This document shows, one piece after another, positions 8,185-12,997 of a stretch of DNA of 12,997 nucleotides (position 1 is its first letter; every line of letters starts with the position of its first letter). The position numbers and the translations under genes are program-made. Source of the stretch: Candidatus Dadabacteria bacterium (GTDB taxonomy: Bacteria; Desulfobacterota_D; UBA1144; Nemesobacterales; CSP1-2); contig PSLL01000012.1 in assembly GCA_040289575.1 (NCBI GenBank), forward strand, positions 58,096 through 71,092, given 5' to 3'. The notes under the pieces were generated by a model. That model made no database searches and was not told where the DNA came from. It worked only from the letters and a program-made list of their open reading frames with translations.

Positions 8185-9240
8185 ATGAATAAAAGGGTAG
8201 CTATATCTATAATTGGACTCATCGTAGTCTTCCTGATACTAGCCGTATCTGTGGGCCAGAATTCATCCACATATGAGGTGAGGGTCGAGAGGAAAAATAT
8301 AGACCTAACTGTTGCTGCAAAGGGAAAGGTCGAGGCGCTTGAAGAGGTTGATCTGGCTCCCAAGACACTCGGAAGATTAAAGGAAGTTGATGTCAAAGAA
8401 GGGGATTTTGTCAAAAAGGGCGACGTTATAGCAGTGCTCGAAAACGATGAAATGAAAGCTCAGGTCGAACAGGCAAAGGCCAATCTCTTAGGTGTAGAAG
8501 CGGAGTTAAAAGAGGCAAAACAAAATTTAGCCCGGTTCAATGCACTCTTTAGAAGGGGAATCATATCAAGGTCTGAGCTTGACGGCGCCCAGATGAAATA
8601 CGATTTGACTCTTTCACAAATCAAAAAGTCGGAAGCCGATCTTAGATATGCACAAGCCCTTCTTGAGAACACATATATAAGGGCACCATTTTCAGGGAAA
8701 ATCGTAAGGAGATTCCTTGATCCGGGAGAAACCATTACACTTGAGAAGCTACTTCCTATAGTCACTATAGCAGATGTAAGTAAAATCATAGTAAGAGCCG
8801 AGATAGACGAAACAGACATTAGAAAGATTAAAATAGGGCAATCTGCCGTCGTCACAGCAGACGCCTATCCCGGAGAGGAATTTAAGGGGAAAATCACGGA
8901 GATAAGCCCCGTTGTGGGAAAGAAAAGTATAATTGCCGACAACCCGGCCGAGATGGTAGACACCAAGGTCCTTGAGATCAAGATTGAACTAGACTCCGGC
9001 CAAAAGCTTAATCTGGGACTCAATGTGGATGTTACAATCTTTGTACATAATAAAGGGGATGTCCTTGCTCTTCCACTAAAAGCCGTAAGGCACTTGGATG
9101 GAACCACCTTTGTCAAAGTAAAGAAGAACGGCTCTTATGAGGAAAGAGAGGTAACTACGGGACTTTATGACAATGAAAATGTAGAGATTACAAGTGGACT
9201 AAAAGAAGGAGATATAGTGCTGCTCTCCAATTCTAATTAA
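8185..9240 (+). CDS. Efflux transporter periplasmic adaptor subunit (membrane fusion protein, HlyD/MacA-like)
   Basis: N-terminal TM anchor, first lipoyl half (GRLKEVDVKEGDFVKKGDVIA), coiled-coil hairpin, second half (IRAPFSGKI), IDETDIRKIKIGQ and VEITSGLKEGD. ATG 8185 is preferred over 8125, which abuts the predicted -10. Confidence 0.9.
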   Translation: MNKRVAISIIGLIVVFLILAVSVGQNSSTYEVRVERKNIDLTVAAKGKVEALEEVDLAPKTLGRLKEVDVKEGDFVKKGDVIAVLENDEMKAQVEQAKANLLGVEAELKEAKQNLARFNALFRRGIISRSELDGAQMKYDLTLSQIKKSEADLRYAQALLENTYIRAPFSGKIVRRFLDPGETITLEKLLPIVTIADVSKIIVRAEIDETDIRKIKIGQSAVVTADAYPGEEFKGKITEISPVVGKKSIIADNPAEMVDTKVLEIKIELDSGQKLNLGLNVDVTIFVHNKGDVLALPLKAVRHLDGTTFVKVKKNGSYEEREVTTGLYDNENVEITSGLKEGDIVLLSNSN

Positions 9241-9257
9241 ATGGAAAAACCCAACGA

Positions 9258-10226
9258 ATGCCGATAAGATTTATTGCCTGGAATCAGTCAGAAAAAATCA
9301 TTAAAGAAGGAAACAACTGGGATTCAGTTCTCCTACTGCTGTCTCAAGACAATCTCCATATTTGGTTGGATGTCCAAAATCAAGTTAAAGAAGAAGTTGA
9401 GTGGCTTGGCAAGGTCTTTAATTTTCATCCCCTTGCACTTGAAGATTGCATCAATCTGAATCAGCGCTCCAAACTCGAAGAATATGACGGTTACATCTTC
9501 TTTGTCCTTCACCTCTGCCGTCTCGAAAATGACCAAAGGATAGAGACAGATGAGCTTCATATCTTCTTGGGCCCGCGCTTTATAGTATCGGTTCACGATA
9601 AACCTATGGAAATTGTGGATAACTGCTTCAAGAGATGTAAGGATGATCCTCAGACACTCGATAAGGGATGTGATTTTATCTTTTACATGCTGAGCGACTC
9701 TCTGGTAGAGAGATACTTTCCACTCCTGGATAAAATTGAGGATGATATTGACGAGCTTGAAGATAGAATGGTCTCTTCTCCAAACCCCGAATCCCTCAAA
9801 AAGCTATTTTTGTTTAAACAGAACTTAGTAAGATTAAGAAAGATTATAGCCCCTCTTAGAGAAGTCTTCGGTCTGATTCACAGACATGAGTCCGGCCTGA
9901 TTAAAGAGAAGAATTATCTCTATATACGTGATGTCCACGACCACCTAATCAGAATCCACGACATGATTGATACATACCGAGATATGGCCGGAAATATGCT
10001 CGATGTTTATCTCTCAACAGTATCAAACCGTCTAAATGAGGTTATGAAGCGGCTCACAATTATTGCAACAATTTTTTTGCCACTCGGTTTTGTTACAGGT
10101 TTTTTTGGAATGAATTTCCAACACATGCCATTTAGTAATAATCTCATTTTCGCCATAGCCCTAGTACTATGCATTTTAATCCCTATAGGAATGCTATATT
10201 GGTTCTACAAACAGGGCTGGTTTTAG
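9258..10226 (+). CDS. corA: Magnesium/cobalt transporter CorA
   Basis: Motifs FHPLALED, QRSKLEEY, SNRLNEVMKRLTIIATIFLP and the signature GFFGMNF, with two C-terminal TM helices. Confidence 0.95.
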   Translation: MPIRFIAWNQSEKIIKEGNNWDSVLLLLSQDNLHIWLDVQNQVKEEVEWLGKVFNFHPLALEDCINLNQRSKLEEYDGYIFFVLHLCRLENDQRIETDELHIFLGPRFIVSVHDKPMEIVDNCFKRCKDDPQTLDKGCDFIFYMLSDSLVERYFPLLDKIEDDIDELEDRMVSSPNPESLKKLFLFKQNLVRLRKIIAPLREVFGLIHRHESGLIKEKNYLYIRDVHDHLIRIHDMIDTYRDMAGNMLDVYLSTVSNRLNEVMKRLTIIATIFLPLGFVTGFFGMNFQHMPFSNNLIFAIALVLCILIPIGMLYWFYKQGWF

Positions 10227-10364
10227 ACTACTTATAGGGCACACACCTGTCTAGTCTCCTGACAACCATTTATTCCTATTTCCTTGACAGAGGTTTCCTA
10301 ATTTCCCTTCCTCTTCTGCTCCAAAGACACCAATGGAGAACCAATACTGAGCGGATGGTATGCC

Positions 10365-10420
10365 TTGACATAGAGCTACACAAAGGCTTATACTTTGACC
10401 AGTATCGAGATGCAAGGAGG
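10365..10420 (+). promoter_or_regulatory. Promoter and ribosome-binding site of the small secreted protein
   Basis: TTGACA (10365-10370), 18 nt, TATACT (10389-10394); SD AAGGAGG at 10414-10420. Confidence 0.65.
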
Positions 10421-10429
10421 CGGGGGATA

Positions 10430-10696
10430 ATGAAAATAATCTACTATGCTCTACTTATTCTTACACTATCAACCTCTTTTGCTTTTGCTCAGGGTCCGGC
10501 AGAAAGAGAGATAACCGTCTATGATCCAGCCGATGCATTTCATCCCTTTAAGTTGATAAGCCTTGCTATACGTCCGCCGATTGCTCTTCTGAATATATTC
10601 GTAAGAGGCGGATATTATGTCCTTGACTCTTATCCTATAAGAAGGGCATTCGACATAGATTATCAACCGAGTATGGATATTGATGAAGATTACTGA
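10430..10696 (+). CDS. Small hypothetical exported protein (88 aa, Sec signal peptide)
   Basis: MKIIYYALLILTLSTSFAFA-QG signal peptide with an AxA site. Strong SD and promoter upstream support ATG 10430 rather than 10355. Confidence 0.75.
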   Translation: MKIIYYALLILTLSTSFAFAQGPAEREITVYDPADAFHPFKLISLAIRPPIALLNIFVRGGYYVLDSYPIRRAFDIDYQPSMDIDEDY

Positions 10697-10920
10697 TATA
10701 TTTAACTATTAGTCCGCTATATTACTTGTGGTTTCAAGAGGACTTCCCCGGTCGTCTTTAGTGTTCTCAATATACGAACCAGCCACTTTATTGGCCCTAA
10801 TATTTCCGACATTGCTTATAAAAGTTGCCCCTATGTTTCTCTAATTCGGCCCACAGAACACATAGAGAAAATAGGAAATACCATCAATTATTCCGCCCTT
10901 TATATCATTATAATCCTAGA

Positions 10921-10949
10921 TTCAAGGATTTAAATAAACCATGTAAAAT
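10921..10949 (+). promoter_or_regulatory. Putative uvrC promoter giving a leaderless mRNA
   Basis: TTCAAG (10921-10926), 17 nt, TAAAAT (10944-10949). The ATG begins 7 nt after the -10 and there is no SD. Confidence 0.45.
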
Positions 10950-10955
10950 ATTTGT

Positions 10956-12893
10956 ATGAGCTTGATAGAGACACTAAGGTTCATCTCTACCTCTTCGGGC
11001 GTCTATCTGATGAAGGACAAAAACGGCAAGGCAATATATATCGGAAAAGCCAAGAGCCTAAGAAGTCGTGTACGATCCTACTTTCAAAATGGGGAAAGGG
11101 ACCAGAGACCTCAGATTCCCTACCTGATGCAAGAGGTATCAGACCTCGATTACTTCGTAACACAGAGTGAATATGAAGCGCTGATACTAGAGAACGCCCT
11201 AATAAAGAAGCATAAGCCCAAATATAATATCCTATTAAAAGACGATAAAAACTACGCCTCTCTAAGACTCGATCCCAGAGAGAATTTTCCCAAGCTCTCT
11301 TATACAAGGCGCATCTCAAATGATGGGGCAGTATATTTCGGTCCATTTGCGTCTGGAGAGGCACTCAGGCAAACAAAGAGGATGATTCATAAGATATTTC
11401 CCCTCCGTGATTGCACGGATGAGAAGTTTAAGCGTCACTCGCAAAGACCCTGTCTCAACTACTATATGAAACTCTGCCTAGGACCATGTGCGGGAAAGGT
11501 TAATGAGGACAAATATAGAGAGGTGGTTAAACAGGCAGATATGTTCCTCAAAGGGGAGACAAAGAAGATAATGAAACTCCTCAGCCAAAATATGGAAAGG
11601 GCCTCAGAGGAGATGAGATACGAGGATGCAGCGCACTATAGAGACCAGATTAGGCTCATTGAGAAGAATCTGGGCGTGAAAAGACTTATTGCGGCAAGCC
11701 TGATCGATAAGGACATATTGGGATTTTATAGGGAAGGAAAGAACATAGAATTCGTCGTCCTATTCTCAAGAGGTGGAGCAATTATTGATAAGGCCGAGTA
11801 TTCTTTTGACAATGCGGTTGGAGAGAATAAGGAAGTCCTCTATGAATTCCTACAGCAGTTTTACGGCGACAGGAGATTTATTCCAAGTGAAGTCCTAATC
11901 CCAATTCGTTTTGATGGGATAGAGGTTTTTTCAATATGGCTTTCTGAAAAAGCAGGGAAAAGGGTAAACATAGTCGTTCCAAAACGCGGGGCCAAATCTA
12001 AATTAATTGAGATTAGTATGAGAAACGCAGAAGAGAGTTTCAAGAGAAAATCCGCTGAGAAAATAAAAGAACTCCATACGCTCCAAAGAATTAAAGACGC
12101 CCTTTCTCTTCCCAAGATTCCATCATCTATAGAGTGTTTTGATATATCAAACATACAGGGAAACCTAGCCGTAGCCTCAATGGTGAGGTTTGAAAACGGC
12201 AGGCCCGCAAAAAAGAGGTACAGGAAATTCAAGATAAAAACCGTATTTGGCACAAACGACTATGGCATGATGTACGAGGTACTTTCAAGAAGGCTTAAAA
12301 GGGCAGATCAGGATGGCTGGGAGCTTCCGGATATGATTCTGATTGACGGTGGAAAGGGACAGCTAAACATAGCCCATCAGGTTTTAATCGAACTGGGGCT
12401 CTTGGAAAAGGTCTTCTTGGCTTCAATAGCTAAAGGAAGAGAAGAGGGGTACTCTGAACGCAAACTTCGCCAAACTCATATAAGACAGACGCATCAAAGT
12501 CTAACAGACAGTGCGGAAGAAACAGAAATAAATACTATTTCGAGCACGCCGACAAAAGAAATAGAGATAAGAGAAGACATTGACAGGATCTATATTCCTG
12601 GGAGAAAAAATCCTATTCCGCTTTCCGAAATCTCTCAAGAGCTACTCTTTCTTATGCGTGTGCGCGATGAGGCACACAGGTTTGCTATCACCTACCACAA
12701 GAAGCTTAGAGGAAAGAAGTCTCTTGAGTCAGAGCTTGACTCCATCCCCAGAATTGGGGAGAAACGAAAGGCAATGCTCCTTAAACACTTTGGCACCGTA
12801 TCCACAATAAGAGAGGCCTCTGTCGAGGAGATTTCATCTGTTCCTGGAATGGATAAAAGAGCCGCAGAGGAGGTAAAGCGGTTTCTTACTTGA
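10956..12893 (+). CDS. uvrC: Excinuclease ABC subunit C
   Basis: GIY-YIG domain (GVYLMKD...YIGKAKSLRSRVRSYF), Cys-rich region, UVR domain (EEMRYEDAAHYRD), RNase H-like domain (ECFDISN, LIDGGKGQL, RDEAHRFAI) and C-terminal HhH. Confidence 0.97.
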   Translation: MSLIETLRFISTSSGVYLMKDKNGKAIYIGKAKSLRSRVRSYFQNGERDQRPQIPYLMQEVSDLDYFVTQSEYEALILENALIKKHKPKYNILLKDDKNYASLRLDPRENFPKLSYTRRISNDGAVYFGPFASGEALRQTKRMIHKIFPLRDCTDEKFKRHSQRPCLNYYMKLCLGPCAGKVNEDKYREVVKQADMFLKGETKKIMKLLSQNMERASEEMRYEDAAHYRDQIRLIEKNLGVKRLIAASLIDKDILGFYREGKNIEFVVLFSRGGAIIDKAEYSFDNAVGENKEVLYEFLQQFYGDRRFIPSEVLIPIRFDGIEVFSIWLSEKAGKRVNIVVPKRGAKSKLIEISMRNAEESFKRKSAEKIKELHTLQRIKDALSLPKIPSSIECFDISNIQGNLAVASMVRFENGRPAKKRYRKFKIKTVFGTNDYGMMYEVLSRRLKRADQDGWELPDMILIDGGKGQLNIAHQVLIELGLLEKVFLASIAKGREEGYSERKLRQTHIRQTHQSLTDSAEETEINTISSTPTKEIEIREDIDRIYIPGRKNPIPLSEISQELLFLMRVRDEAHRFAITYHKKLRGKKSLESELDSIPRIGEKRKAMLLKHFGTVSTIREASVEEISSVPGMDKRAAEEVKRFLT

Positions 12894-12971
12894 TGTGAGT
12901 TCGATATAACTTTTTAATAGTAGTATTCATTTTAGATATTGGATTTCATACTGTTTCTAACAGATGGCGCT

Positions 12972-12997
12972 TGCACCTGCGCCGCGGCGCAGGTGCA
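12972..12997. repeat. Perfect 26-bp palindrome at the window end
   Basis: TGCACCTGCGCCG|CGGCGCAGGTGCA is its own reverse complement, has no loop, and is 20/26 GC. Confidence 0.9.

Noticed and set aside
8123..8191. CAATGAATA repeated at both candidate starts of the adaptor gene, 60 nt apart
   Set aside because: Short and AT-rich, so consistent with chance.
10284..10289. Additional TTGACA after corA
   Set aside because: No -10 hexamer at 16-18 nt spacing.
10718..10813. 31-codon minus-strand ORF (MSEILGPIKWLVRILRTLKTTGEVLLKPQVI)
   Set aside because: Very short, with no well-placed SD and no recognisable homology.
12437..12577. Intein in UvrC
   Set aside because: Too short, and it lacks the N-terminal Cys/Ser block and the C-terminal His-Asn splice motif.
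693..12810. The many short alternative-frame and antisense ORFs in the track (e.g. 693..1028, 1872..2189, 2587..5589 set, 6780..7121, 7389..8011, 8166..9596, 10469..10666, 10952..12810)
   Set aside because: They overlap well-supported genes and show no recognisable motifs or independent expression signals.
1..12997. CRISPR array, tRNA or IS element
   Set aside because: No regularly spaced repeats, cloverleaf or transposase seen.

Overview
Bacterial core-genome region, about 40% GC by eye. Gene content and protein style look Deltaproteobacteria/Desulfobacterota-like, but that is only a guess. In order: 3' end of a class I-beta DAHP synthase (+); DUF2007-like Zn-ribbon protein and purN (-); a stand-alone 5S rRNA gene (-) with its own sigma70-type promoter, ending about 12 nt before the purN ATG; a divergent solitary tyrosine recombinase (+) with the first catalytic Arg replaced by Ser and the HxxR His replaced by Tyr; rpoD and dnaG (-), preceded by an rpsU (bS21) pseudogene with three lesions that is missing from the ORF track; aroE and ribF (-); an orphan efflux periplasmic adaptor and corA (+); a small secreted protein (+); uvrC (+), apparently leaderless and carrying a 132-bp in-frame insertion between 9-bp direct repeats; and a perfect 26-bp GC-rich palindrome at the window end. 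The most unusual part is 1200-6070, where translation and transcription core components look remodelled: unlinked 5S, probably inactive recombinase, RpoD without a recognisable region 1.1, and broken rpsU.
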